Virus record (IMG/VR): IMGVR_UViG_3300028886_000001
Source: a virus
Lineage: Duplodnaviria; Caudoviricetes
Length of the DNA stretch: 64,000 nt
Strand: one strand, 5' to 3'
The position numbers and the translations under genes are program-made. This document shows positions 51,551 to 61,787 of the stretch, piece after piece (within the stretch, counting starts at the first letter, position 1; every line of letters begins with the position of its first letter). A model generated the notes under the pieces. It was given only the letters and a program-made list of their open reading frames with translations, did not search any database and had not been told where the DNA came from.

Positions 51551-52732
51551 ATGAAAGATACAGAATCTTTGGTTAAACAGTTGTACCCAAAAGTATCAAC
51601 AAGTTTATCTAAAAATACTAATAAATATAGACAAGTGATAGCTAGATTTATAGAGAAGAGATCTAAAGATTTATATGATATAGCACCATGTAGTAGAATA
51701 TACTTTGGAGAGGATGATATAACAGATTTTTATTCTTCTATGGGGTTAAATATAAATGATGCTACTAAAGCATTGCAAGGTACCTATTATTATAATATAG
51801 CTAATTTTAATCCTAGAGCTGCTAAAGATGAATTTACTGTTACACTGATGATGGTTATAAGATATTTCTATATTAAGAATATGAGTAAAGAATTAGATAT
51901 GGCTATGATACATTTAGCATTCTCTGGTAAATTCTACCCATCTATACATTATAGATCATTCCCAGTAACACAGCCATCTGAATATAGATATATAATGGAA
52001 TATGTAGTAAATAATAAATTAAGTAATAAATATGATATAAAAAGAGAAGGTAGTTTGTTTAAAGCTATACTTAGTATATGTAAAACTTGGTTATCTTCTT
52101 ATGGTAGTAGAATAAAGAATTCAGATGATGAAGATATAGTATATCTTATACAGCAACTTCATACTAGAATAGGATCTTTTATGAAGAATATAGCTACTAT
52201 ATATTATGAAGTATATAATAATAAAGATGCTTATTTTGTATATGATACAGATAATGCTAGTGAAGATGGATATAAAGTAGCAGATAACGATTCTTTAAAG
52301 ATAGAAAGAATAGTAGAGAAGACTATGGAGAATATTCAATCTCATGCTATAGATTATAAGATATGTAAAATGGCAGCTGACTCTAATGTAAAGACAGATG
52401 AAGTTAAATCTATAATAGAGTCTATACTTAATGATAAAGACAATATAGGAATTATAAAGGAATTATTGAGAAATATAGTTTCAGAATACTTTGTTAATGG
52501 TGGAACATCTACTAAAGATGTAAGAGATATAAAGTTTATTACATTCTCTCTTACTCCTAAACCTAATACTAAAAATAAGAATGTAATAAGGCAGAAAGAG
52601 ATAATAGAACAACTTCTTAATGAAAACTCTACTGCATATAGAAGGAGAAGATCTAGAGAGGCTACTAAGAATAGTTACCATAGATCAATATTAGCATACT
52701 TTGTAATACTAATACATGAATCTAATAAATAA
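51551..52732 (+). CDS. Hypothetical late protein
   Basis: AAGGAGGG RBS before ATG 51551; the ORF track start 51506 lies inside the promoter. Confidence 0.75.
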   Translation: MKDTESLVKQLYPKVSTSLSKNTNKYRQVIARFIEKRSKDLYDIAPCSRIYFGEDDITDFYSSMGLNINDATKALQGTYYYNIANFNPRAAKDEFTVTLMMVIRYFYIKNMSKELDMAMIHLAFSGKFYPSIHYRSFPVTQPSEYRYIMEYVVNNKLSNKYDIKREGSLFKAILSICKTWLSSYGSRIKNSDDEDIVYLIQQLHTRIGSFMKNIATIYYEVYNNKDAYFVYDTDNASEDGYKVADNDSLKIERIVEKTMENIQSHAIDYKICKMAADSNVKTDEVKSIIESILNDKDNIGIIKELLRNIVSEYFVNGGTSTKDVRDIKFITFSLTPKPNTKNKNVIRQKEIIEQLLNENSTAYRRRRSREATKNSYHRSILAYFVILIHESNK

Positions 52733-52782
52733 CGATACAAACTAATCAATGTAAATATATTTATTAAGAAGGAGAGAAAATA

Positions 52783-53079
52783 ATGGGACGATCAAATACT
52801 ATAAAATTTCATACATTTTCAGAAGCTTTAGATGCTTGTATAAATAAAGGTGCAAAAATGAAATTAGCTAGTTGGGAACAAAATGAATTTGTTGTTTATC
52901 AAAAAGGATACCCAGATGGTATTAAATGTAATAAACAATGTGCTGAAGCATGGGGTATAAATGAAGGAGATCTATTTAAATGTAGACCATATCTACAAAA
53001 ACAAAATTTTGATATGACACATACAATGTGGACACCTTCTACTGATGAATTATTATCTGATGGATGGATGATTATATAG
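52783..53079 (+). CDS. tad2: DUF2829 / Tad2-family anti-defence sponge protein
   Basis: FSEAL...KGAKM...W...FVVYQKGYP...PYLQ...WTPS..LL..W family pattern. Confidence 0.75.
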   Translation: MGRSNTIKFHTFSEALDACINKGAKMKLASWEQNEFVVYQKGYPDGIKCNKQCAEAWGINEGDLFKCRPYLQKQNFDMTHTMWTPSTDELLSDGWMII

Positions 53080-53209
53080 CTAGTACTTAATTGTACTAGC
53101 TATTTCTTTTGTCTAAGATATATCTCAACATAATACTAAGCCTTATGCATAAGGTGATAATAATATAAAACATAATAGTGAAGTTTTATATATAAAGGAG
53201 GTAATAATT

Positions 53210-55018
53210 ATGTCAGAAGAAATTAAAATGAGAATTACAGACCTTAAAGAAGCTGAAGACGTACAAGGTAGTGATTACCTTTTAGTAGAACAAGCAAAGG
53301 GAAGTAGAAAAGTTAAAGTAGAAGACTTACCTTTCTCTGGTGGTCCTGGTGGAACTGGAAAGCCTGGAAAAGATGGTAAATCTGCTTATCAAATCTGGCT
53401 AGATGCTGGTAATACAGGTTCAGAAGCACAATTCTTAGCTTCATTAAAAGGACCTAAAGGTGATACTGGAGCAGATGGTAAATCTGCTTACGAAATTTGG
53501 AAAGCTGCTGGTAATGATGGTACTGGTGATGATTTCTTAGCTTCATTAAAAGGTAAAGACGGTAAGGATGGTACTGATGGTATCAAAGGTACTGATGGTA
53601 AGTCTGCTTATGAAATTTGGTTAGCTGCTGGTAATGTAGGTAGTGGACAAGATTTCTTAAATTCTCTTAAAGGAGAAAAAGGTGACGCAGGTGAAGCTGG
53701 TACTGACGGAGCTGCTGGTAAATCAGCATATGAAATCTGGAAAGAACAAGAAGGAAATGCTGATAAATCAGAAGAACAATTCTTAGCTTCATTAAAAGGT
53801 GAGGCTGGAGAAGCTGGAGCTAAAGGTGATGCAGGTGAAGCTGGTGCTGCTGGTAAATCAGCATATGAGATCTGGAAAGAACAAGAAGGAAATGCTGGTA
53901 AATCAGAAGCAGATTTCTTAGCTTCTCTTAAAGGAGAAAAAGGTGCTGACGGAGCTAAAGGTGACAAAGGTGATAATGGTGAACCATTTAGAATAGCTAA
54001 GACTTATAAATCTATAGCTGAAATGAATGCTGATCATGATAATGCTGAAGTTGCTGTAAATAGTTTTGTAATAATCTCTACTGATGATGTAGATGATGAA
54101 GACAATGCTAAATTATATGTAAAGACAGAAGAAGGATTTAATATTATAACTGATCTTTCTGGAGCTCAAGGTATCCAAGGTGAAACTGGTCCTCAAGGTC
54201 CAGACGGTAAATCTGTATATCAAGTATGGCTTGATAATGGAAATACTGGAGAAGTAAATGATTTCTTAAATAGTATATCTGGTGGTTCTGTATATGATGT
54301 ATATGTAGAAACTTGCGAAACTGCAGGTACTGAACCATTAAGCAAAGAAGAATGGTTAGTAACAATGAAAGGTCCTAAAGGAGATGCAGGAGAAAAGGGT
54401 GCTGACGGAGCTGCTGGTGAAAAAGGTGAAACTGGAGCTAAAGGTGCTGATGGTCAATCTGCTTATCAACTATGGTTAACACAAGATGGAAATGCTGGTA
54501 AATCAGAGGCAGATTTCTTAGCTTCTCTTAAAGGAGAAAAAGGTGATGCAGGTGAAGCTGGTGCTGCTGGTACTAATGGTAAATCTGCTTACCAAATCTG
54601 GATGGAAAATGGACATGAAGGTAGTGAAACTGAATTCTTAGCTTCTCTTAAAGGAGAAAAAGGTGATGCTGGAGCTAACGGTAATGACGGAGCTGCTGGT
54701 AGAGACGGTACTAATGGTACTGATGGACAATCAGCATATCAAATTTGGTTAGCTGCTGGAAACGAAGGTACTGCATCAGACTTCTTAACTTCATTGAAAG
54801 GTCAATCTGCTTATCAACTATGGTTAGCACAAGAAGGAAATGCTGGTAAATCAGAGGCAGATTTCTTAGCTTCTCTTAAAGGAGAAAAAGGTGATGCTGG
54901 AACTGCTGGAGATATTCCTGTAGCTACTTCATCTCAAGATGGACTTATGAGTTCTGCTAATGTAACTACATTAAGTGCTTTAGCTGAAAATGCAATAACA
55001 ATTGAATATCTTGATTAA
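53210..55018 (+). CDS. Collagen-like fibre protein with GxSAYxIW...FLASLKG repeats
   Basis: Gly-X-Y runs alternating with about a dozen G(K/Q)SAY(E/Q)(I/L)W..G..G....FL.SLKG units; late promoters at 53127 and 53169. Confidence 0.85.
   Translation: MSEEIKMRITDLKEAEDVQGSDYLLVEQAKGSRKVKVEDLPFSGGPGGTGKPGKDGKSAYQIWLDAGNTGSEAQFLASLKGPKGDTGADGKSAYEIWKAAGNDGTGDDFLASLKGKDGKDGTDGIKGTDGKSAYEIWLAAGNVGSGQDFLNSLKGEKGDAGEAGTDGAAGKSAYEIWKEQEGNADKSEEQFLASLKGEAGEAGAKGDAGEAGAAGKSAYEIWKEQEGNAGKSEADFLASLKGEKGADGAKGDKGDNGEPFRIAKTYKSIAEMNADHDNAEVAVNSFVIISTDDVDDEDNAKLYVKTEEGFNIITDLSGAQGIQGETGPQGPDGKSVYQVWLDNGNTGEVNDFLNSISGGSVYDVYVETCETAGTEPLSKEEWLVTMKGPKGDAGEKGADGAAGEKGETGAKGADGQSAYQLWLTQDGNAGKSEADFLASLKGEKGDAGEAGAAGTNGKSAYQIWMENGHEGSETEFLASLKGEKGDAGANGNDGAAGRDGTNGTDGQSAYQIWLAAGNEGTASDFLTSLKGQSAYQLWLAQEGNAGKSEADFLASLKGEKGDAGTAGDIPVATSSQDGLMSSANVTTLSALAENAITIEYLD
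53370..54900 (+). repeat. Internal coding repeats of the collagen-like gene
   Basis: For example aatgctggtaaatcagaggcagatttcttagcttctcttaaaggagaaaaaggtgatgc occurs near 54491 and 54839. Confidence 0.85.
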
Positions 55019-55112
55019 TATTAAAGAAGAAGACTTATCTAAAGTCTTCTTCTTATTTCCCGATAGGAGGTAGAGTAACATGTAAGTAAAAATATTATAA
55101 GAAGGTGATTAT

Positions 55113-57257
55113 ATGATACAGTATACTAATACTAGAGTACAAAAAGTGTATTATCAATTTGAAACGTCAAATAAGTCGTTCTTAGATATGCACCATTACC
55201 TTAAAGATACTGGTGTCAAAAATAATAAATTCTTCTTAATACTTACAGATCCAGATTTAGCAGGTATAAATCCTAGAGATCCTAGATTAAATATGTTAAT
55301 GAAACAAAAAGTATTAAGAGAGTGTATATGTAACTATTGGTATTTCTTAAGAGAAGTAATTAGAATACCAGATCAAGGTGGAGCTGCCAATGGCGGTAAA
55401 CCTTATCAATTGCATAGAGGAAACTTAGCATTAAATTTCTGTATGATATATAATTGGAATACATTTACAGAATTACCAAGACAACATGGTAAGACAATAG
55501 CTGTTATATGTAGACAGTTATGGACATTCTTATTTGGTACTAGTAACTCCGAAATGGTATTTATAAATAAGAAGTTTGAAGACTCTAAGTTAAACTTACA
55601 AAGATTAAAAGATATAAGAGATGCATTACCATCATATTTAAGAATGCAAGATCAATATGGTCCAGATGGTAAGAAACTTAAAGTAAAGAATAGTGTTGAA
55701 ACATTAGAACATCCATTCAATGGAAACAGAATTAAGACTTTAGCATCAGCGAGAAATAAAGTTGCAGCGAACAGTCTAGGAAGAGGTATGACAATTCCAT
55801 TACCTTGGTTTGATGAATATGCATTTATACCTTATAATGATATTATATATCTAGCAATGGTTCCAGCGTTTAAGACAGCATCTCAAAATGCTAAGAATAA
55901 CCATGCACCATATGGTATTACAATAACAACAACACCTGGTGATATGACTACTGATGAAGGAACAGCAGCATATGCTATGAAAGAAGCTGCTACTGAATTT
56001 ACTGAATTATGGTATGATAAATCTCCAGAACAAATACAAGAGATATTATCTAAGAATACTGAATCAAGTTTTATTCATATTAAATTTACATATCAACAAT
56101 TAGGTTCTTCAGAACAATGGTTTAAAGAAACCGTTATTGATATGAAGAAGGATTGGTCAGCAATCCGACGTGAAGTTTTACTTGAATGGTCTAAAGCATC
56201 AGATAACTCTCCATTCAAGAAAGAAGACTTAAATATAGTTAAAGCATTATTAAAACAACCTATACAACAAATAATGCTTGGAGGAATGTATACTTTCAAT
56301 ATATATGAGAAATTTGATTTAAGATATCCTCCATTAATAGGTGTCGATGTATCTGGTGGTTTTAAGAGAGATGCTTCAGCTATAACTATAGTAGATTCTA
56401 AAACAACTAGAGTTGTAGCAGATTTTAACTGTAACTTTATATCTACTCCAGATTTAGCATCAGTTATATATGAGCTAGTTACTAAATATATGAGTAATGC
56501 TGTAGTTAATATAGAACGAAATGGTGGATTTGGAGCATCAGTATTAGCTAAACTTATTAAAACACGAATAAAGAGAAATCTATTCTATGAAATTAAAGAT
56601 AAAGTAATAGAAGAAAGATCTGTTGGAATGAATACTGTAAAGAAAACACAGAAAACTAAGATATATGGTTTAGATAATACTCATAATGTAAGAGAATTGT
56701 TAATGGAAATATTAAGACAAAGAATGGAATACCATAAAGATAAATTCATATCTCCAATAATATTCTCTGAATTAGAAACATTAGAAGTTAAGAAGAATGG
56801 TAGAATAGAACATACTTCTACTGGACATGATGACCAAGTATTTTCATATCTAATGGCTTTATATATTTGGTATGAAGGCAGAGACTTAATGGAAAGATGG
56901 GGTATAGAAAAATCTACTATAAAGACAGATCAAGATGCAGAAGAAGCTATAGTAAATCTTGAAGAAGATTATAAGAATATAGTTATAGATTTAGAAAGAC
57001 GTGATGATGATGAAGATCCAGCAGAAATAAAGAAACAATTAGATTATCTAGCTTCAGATAAAACTATGGGTTTTGAACAATGGATGCAATCTCAAGCACA
57101 ACAAGATAGAGAAAGCCTTAATAGATTATTGAATACTAAATTAGGAAAGATGGCTTACATGGAGAAATATCACAAAGATGAGGATTATATGGCACAACAA
57201 GGGTTATATACAATACCTAACTCTGTATTTATGAATGATGATACCATTGAACAATAA
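55113..57257 (+). CDS. terL: Terminase large subunit
   Basis: Walker A PRQHGKT, Walker B WFDEYAF, TTTP, nuclease IGVDVSGG...D, IERN, HDDQV; late promoter 55077..55088. Confidence 0.9.
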   Translation: MIQYTNTRVQKVYYQFETSNKSFLDMHHYLKDTGVKNNKFFLILTDPDLAGINPRDPRLNMLMKQKVLRECICNYWYFLREVIRIPDQGGAANGGKPYQLHRGNLALNFCMIYNWNTFTELPRQHGKTIAVICRQLWTFLFGTSNSEMVFINKKFEDSKLNLQRLKDIRDALPSYLRMQDQYGPDGKKLKVKNSVETLEHPFNGNRIKTLASARNKVAANSLGRGMTIPLPWFDEYAFIPYNDIIYLAMVPAFKTASQNAKNNHAPYGITITTTPGDMTTDEGTAAYAMKEAATEFTELWYDKSPEQIQEILSKNTESSFIHIKFTYQQLGSSEQWFKETVIDMKKDWSAIRREVLLEWSKASDNSPFKKEDLNIVKALLKQPIQQIMLGGMYTFNIYEKFDLRYPPLIGVDVSGGFKRDASAITIVDSKTTRVVADFNCNFISTPDLASVIYELVTKYMSNAVVNIERNGGFGASVLAKLIKTRIKRNLFYEIKDKVIEERSVGMNTVKKTQKTKIYGLDNTHNVRELLMEILRQRMEYHKDKFISPIIFSELETLEVKKNGRIEHTSTGHDDQVFSYLMALYIWYEGRDLMERWGIEKSTIKTDQDAEEAIVNLEEDYKNIVIDLERRDDDEDPAEIKKQLDYLASDKTMGFEQWMQSQAQQDRESLNRLLNTKLGKMAYMEKYHKDEDYMAQQGLYTIPNSVFMNDDTIEQ

Positions 57258-57327
57258 GAGAAATACCTAGTATTATCTAGGTATTTCTTCTTGATCAACA
57301 TATTGGTATAAAGGAGGTCGATAACCA

Positions 57328-58206
57328 ATGAATAGAATATTACATTTATTCGAATGGAGACTAAACGATATTACGAAAGAATTATCAGATATAAAGAATC
57401 AGGGATTTAATTGTATTCAGATATCTCCAATACAACCTTTAAAAGAATACACATATGCATGGTGGTCATTATATCAACCATGTGATTTAACTATTGGTAA
57501 TAGTTGGATAGGTAGTCAAGGAGACTTATCTTTACTATGCAATAAAGCAGAAAACTATGGGATAAAAATAATAGCAGATGTAGTAATATGTCATATGGCT
57601 GGAAAGAACAATGGGGAATTAAAACCACATGAAATGGTGAATAAAGAATTATTAAATAATAAAGACTATTGGTTAGAGCCAAAGATGATAAATGATTGGA
57701 ATAATAGATATGAAGTTACACATTATTCTATGGGACTACCAAGATTAAATATATACAATCATGAAGTACAAGATAAGATAATCAAATTCTTAGATGGTTT
57801 ATATGCTAGTGGGGTTAAAGGGTTTAGAGTAGATGCAGCAAAGAATATAGCATTACCACAAGAAGGATGCGATTTCTATACTAGAGTAATGGATAGATAT
57901 AAAGATCTATTTGTATACTCTGAATTAATATTTACAGATAGACATCTATTAGATGAATACTCTAAGTATACAATGATCCTTACTGAGTCAGAATGTGTAG
58001 ATAATAAGAAAATAGCATATTTTGAATCGCACGACTCTTTCTTAGATGATACTTTAGGATATACAAAGAATATGGATCAGAATAGAGTAATAGATGAATA
58101 CGTAATAAAGTGTAAGTATTTTGATAATACTTTGTTTTATAATAGACCTAATACTAGAATGTATATGGATGGTAGAGTAAAAGCTGCTAATCTAAGGTAT
58201 ATATAA
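57328..58206 (+). CDS. GH13 alpha-amylase (catalytic domain only)
   Basis: ILHLFEW, IQISP, WWSLYQP, IADVVICH, GFRVDAAK, YSEL, ESHD: catalytic D/E/D intact; late promoter 57297..57308. Confidence 0.9.
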   Translation: MNRILHLFEWRLNDITKELSDIKNQGFNCIQISPIQPLKEYTYAWWSLYQPCDLTIGNSWIGSQGDLSLLCNKAENYGIKIIADVVICHMAGKNNGELKPHEMVNKELLNNKDYWLEPKMINDWNNRYEVTHYSMGLPRLNIYNHEVQDKIIKFLDGLYASGVKGFRVDAAKNIALPQEGCDFYTRVMDRYKDLFVYSELIFTDRHLLDEYSKYTMILTESECVDNKKIAYFESHDSFLDDTLGYTKNMDQNRVIDEYVIKCKYFDNTLFYNRPNTRMYMDGRVKAANLRYI

Positions 58207-58243
58207 ACATGTATATAAATAAAATTATAAAGGAGTGATAATT

Positions 58244-59194
58244 ATGTTACCAATAACAAGAAGAATTAGCCCATACAATCATTCGTCTGGAAATGACATA
58301 ACTTACATAGTTATGCATTATACTGGTAATGACACTGATAGTGCTGCTGGTAATGCTAATTATTTTAACGGCGGAGATAGACAAGCATCAGCACATTACT
58401 TTGTAGATGATAATTCTATATACCAAGTAGTCGAAGACTATAATGCTGCATGGCATTGTGGAGATGGGCATGGTAAATATGGAATTAGTAATCATAATTC
58501 TATAGGAATTGAAATGTGTTGTAAGAATGGTTCTATTACTACTACTACAGAGAATAATGCTATTGAATTAGTAAAATACTTAATGAATAAATATGGTATT
58601 GATACTAATCATGTAGTAAGACATTATGATGCTAGTAGAAAGATATGTCCAAATTGGCAAGCTAATAACTGGTCTAGATGGACTAACTTTAAGAATAAAC
58701 TAAATGGACCTTCTGTTCAAGAGGAGGATGATGAAATTATGGATGTTAAAAATGTATTTTGCGATGCTTGGTACTTACAAGCATATCCAGATGTAAAAGC
58801 TGCTACTGAAAGAGGAGAACTAAGTGCATATGAACACTATAGAGATTATGGTAAAGCAGAAGGAAGAAAACCTAATTGTGGAATTCCTAGTGGTTGGAAT
58901 GAAGCATATTATTTAGCTAATAATCCTGATGTAAATGCTAATGTATCTAGTGGTACAGGATTCGTTTCTGGATTACATCATTATCTAATGGTAGGTTGGA
59001 GTGAAGACCAAAGAAAAAATACTTATTTAAATCCTCCTGCAAGTGCTTCTAAAGAAGAAAGTGATGAAGGAAAAGAAACATGGTATAGAGTTGTAGCTGG
59101 TTCTTATAAAGAAAGAGCTAATGCAGAAGCAGAAGTTCAAGCTTTAAAAGATAAAGGTGTAGATGGTGTATTTTTAACTGTATTTAAAAAGTAA
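58244..59194 (+). CDS. Endolysin: Amidase_2 + two YL..(Y/N)PDV repeats + SPOR-like domain
   Basis: IVMHYTG, SAHYFVD, AWHCG, SIGIEMC, VVRHYD..KICP; WYRVVAGSYKERANAE; late promoter 58206..58217. Confidence 0.9.
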   Translation: MLPITRRISPYNHSSGNDITYIVMHYTGNDTDSAAGNANYFNGGDRQASAHYFVDDNSIYQVVEDYNAAWHCGDGHGKYGISNHNSIGIEMCCKNGSITTTTENNAIELVKYLMNKYGIDTNHVVRHYDASRKICPNWQANNWSRWTNFKNKLNGPSVQEEDDEIMDVKNVFCDAWYLQAYPDVKAATERGELSAYEHYRDYGKAEGRKPNCGIPSGWNEAYYLANNPDVNANVSSGTGFVSGLHHYLMVGWSEDQRKNTYLNPPASASKEESDEGKETWYRVVAGSYKERANAEAEVQALKDKGVDGVFLTVFKK

Positions 59195-59198
59195 TAAT

Positions 59199-59226
59199 AA
59201 GGCATATAGGGAGACCTATATGCCTT
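59199..59226 (+). terminator. Intrinsic terminator
   Basis: AAGGCATATAGG-gaga-CCTATATGCCTT plus T tract. Confidence 0.8.
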
Positions 59227-59230
59227 TTTC

Positions 59231-59338
59231 AACATATCATTGAAATTTTATATATAAAGGAGGCAAAGACATATGACTGATACAATTAGAAATGTAAGAT
59301 TAAAAGACAAAGATGGTAATATATTACACCCAGAAATT
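59231..59338 (+). repeat. Fibre-cassette head, copy 1 (late promoter + RBS + MxDTIxNVRLKDxxGNILHPEI)
   Basis: aacatatcattgaaatt(t)tatatata..ggagg plus coding start shared with 61680 and 63166. Confidence 0.9.
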
Positions 59339-59905
59339 GCAGTAGAATATTCATCATCAGCAAATAGTAATAAGCCATTAGCTAATAAGACTATTACTGC
59401 ATTATTATCTGAAAAAGTAAATGCTATTTCCCAAGCAGACTATAATACATTACAAAATAATAATGGTGTAGATTCAACTGTTCCTTATTTGGTGATTACA
59501 GATGAAACATTAGGTACAGAAAAAAAAGCATTATTATATTATAATAATCAGCTTTATAATTTTGCTAATCCATCTACTGAGAGTAATGAAATACAACAAA
59601 AAGTATCTTTAAATGCTACTAAAAATAATAGTATAGAAATAGCTACTGCTGACAGTAATAATAAATTAATGATAGATAATTATAAATTTATCAAAGCTAC
59701 AGAGAATACAACTTCTATTGTAAAGAAATTTAATAATAGTAATAAGGATAATTTTATATATAATCCAGATGAAATAGATTTTAATAATAACAATACTTTT
59801 GTCAAAAATAAATATGTCTATGATGTAAAGATAAATAGTGATGGATTATATGAGAGTGAAGTTATAAATAAAAGTGATTTTTTAGAAATAAGCGAGGTGA
59901 TATAG
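59273..59905 (+). CDS. Tail fibre anchor-module protein (paralog 1)
   Basis: Shared N-terminal MTDTIRNVRLKDKDGNILHPEI; ISQADYNTL...YLVI motif. Confidence 0.7.
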   Translation: MTDTIRNVRLKDKDGNILHPEIAVEYSSSANSNKPLANKTITALLSEKVNAISQADYNTLQNNNGVDSTVPYLVITDETLGTEKKALLYYNNQLYNFANPSTESNEIQQKVSLNATKNNSIEIATADSNNKLMIDNYKFIKATENTTSIVKKFNNSNKDNFIYNPDEIDFNNNNTFVKNKYVYDVKINSDGLYESEVINKSDFLEISEVI

Positions 59906-59906
59906 G

Positions 59907-61151
59907 ATGGCAAAAGTAGGAGAACAATTATTAGCACCAGAAGCAGGGTGGAAAAGAATAGATGATACTTATGAAAAAATAAAATATAATGGCACTGGTT
60001 GGGTTCCTGGATCTGCTAGTGGATTTAATATGTATAATAATACTTGGCATTATTCTTCTAATGTTGGAGATAATATAGATATTTATTTTAAATCAAATAG
60101 GATAAGAATAGTCGCAATCACATCACCGGGCTCTATGCAAGATAATAATATAGAATATATTTTAGATGATAATGATATTTGTTATGTTACTGGTTATGGT
60201 GAAACTGGAAGCAATCAAGGAAGTTGGCTTAAATATGAAAAAACAGAATTATCATCTTCTGTTCATCATTTAAAAATAGTATTATTAAAAGGCAAAAATA
60301 CTGGAAATAATGTTATAACTCTCGATTGCATAGATATAGATGAAGATGGATATTTATTAACAGAAGAAGAATATAATAAAACAATAAGTAATTATATAAA
60401 ACAAGATAACAAATATTATGGATTTTCTGATGATAATTATGATACTACAACCAAAATGTATAAAGAAGTTACCTTAGATAATATAAAAAACTTAAAATAC
60501 AGCAATTTAATATTTAATCTTACTAAAGAAACCACAATAGGAGATGAAACATTTAAACCTATTGATAAATTTACTAATTTTCAATTAATATCATCTTATA
60601 ATAAACCAAAGACAATTATAGGTTTTAAATCTAAATCTGGATTAATAGTTGCTAATGGAGATATTTATGCAGGTAGAATATCAGATAGAATAAATAGTTT
60701 TACTTTAGATTACACTGTTAATAATAATTCAGCTATTAAAATGGCAGTAAGTTTTAACAATGGTTCTACATGGAAAACTTATAAAGATGGAACATTTCAA
60801 GAATTATCTATAACTATACCTAATAAATATTATGCTAATATGACAGATGAAGAAAAGACTAATTATAGCAACGCTAAAACAACTATATTAGAAAATGGAT
60901 TTAATGCAAGTGATTTATCTAGTATAGATTTTAATATAGATAATTTAGATACTATAAGATTTGCTTATGTATTATATCAAGATAGTATAAATGACGATTG
61001 CAAAATGAGTGATTTATCTTGGAATTTCAATGCTAAAGGATATTTACAAAAGATGAAAGATAGTGAGGTAGATACATCTTTCTGTAACGGAATAATTAAG
61101 ATAACTCCGTTGATAGATTGCGAAATGATAATAACAAATTATAATTATTAA
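59907..61151 (+). CDS. Putative tail receptor-binding/jelly-roll protein
   Basis: VGEQLLAPEAGWKRIDD...LDCIDIDEDG module, VSFNNGSTW Asp-box-like motif; coupled to previous gene. Confidence 0.55.
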   Translation: MAKVGEQLLAPEAGWKRIDDTYEKIKYNGTGWVPGSASGFNMYNNTWHYSSNVGDNIDIYFKSNRIRIVAITSPGSMQDNNIEYILDDNDICYVTGYGETGSNQGSWLKYEKTELSSSVHHLKIVLLKGKNTGNNVITLDCIDIDEDGYLLTEEEYNKTISNYIKQDNKYYGFSDDNYDTTTKMYKEVTLDNIKNLKYSNLIFNLTKETTIGDETFKPIDKFTNFQLISSYNKPKTIIGFKSKSGLIVANGDIYAGRISDRINSFTLDYTVNNNSAIKMAVSFNNGSTWKTYKDGTFQELSITIPNKYYANMTDEEKTNYSNAKTTILENGFNASDLSSIDFNIDNLDTIRFAYVLYQDSINDDCKMSDLSWNFNAKGYLQKMKDSEVDTSFCNGIIKITPLIDCEMIITNYNY

Positions 61152-61225
61152 TCTCAGTTTATATGGGTTAAATAAAATAATTTTAACAGATATATGTATT
61201 ATAAAATAAGAAAGGAATGATATAA

Positions 61226-61576
61226 ATGGCAAAACAAGTAAAAATCTGGGATAAAGTTTCTCCTATAAATGGAGTTCCTGCAGAAAAAGTTACTCCTAAT
61301 TGGACTAACGTAGAAGAAGTAGTACTTATATTAGATGAAAATGGAAGAGTTCTAGAAATGAATGATCCAGCAATCTTAAAACAAAACTTAGGTGTAACTG
61401 AAGATAAAACTGCACAAGAAATTGGTGAACTTTGGGTTGCACATGAAGAAGAAATGAATAATAAGCAAGCTCAAGATAAAATTACAATGGAAGAGTTAAA
61501 AGCAAGACAAGATGAAACTGATGCAGCTATTGCTGAATTAGCAGCTGCTATTGCTGGAGACAACACACAAGCATAA
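61226..61576 (+). CDS. Putative tail fibre assembly/chaperone (XkdW-like)
   Basis: Small protein with C-terminal coiled coil ending DAAIAELA; late promoter 61185..61196; context. Confidence 0.5.
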   Translation: MAKQVKIWDKVSPINGVPAEKVTPNWTNVEEVVLILDENGRVLEMNDPAILKQNLGVTEDKTAQEIGELWVAHEEEMNNKQAQDKITMEELKARQDETDAAIAELAAAIAGDNTQA

Positions 61577-61588
61577 TACAAAAATAAA

Positions 61589-61616
61589 ACAGTATAGGGA
61601 TAAAACCCTATACTGT
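61589..61616 (+). terminator. Intrinsic terminator
   Basis: ACAGTATAGGG-ataaaa-CCCTATACTGT plus T tract. Confidence 0.8.
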
Positions 61617-61679
61617 ATTTTTTATTGTCCATTATATTAAATTATACTAAACGATATACAGATGTTGATGGTGTGTCTC

Positions 61680-61787
61680 AACATATCATTGAAATTATAT
61701 ATATAGAGGAGGTAAAGAAAGATGAGTGATACAATTAAAAATGTAAGACTTAAAGACAAAGATGGTAATATATTACACCCAGAAATT
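61680..61787 (+). repeat. Fibre-cassette head, copy 2
   Basis: Same promoter/RBS/N-terminal block as 59231 and 63166. Confidence 0.9.

Noticed and set aside
55065-55085. AGGAGG followed by ATG-TAA minigene upstream of terL
   Set aside because: The ATG lies inside the late promoter, upstream of the predicted TSS and downstream of a terminator; likely incidental
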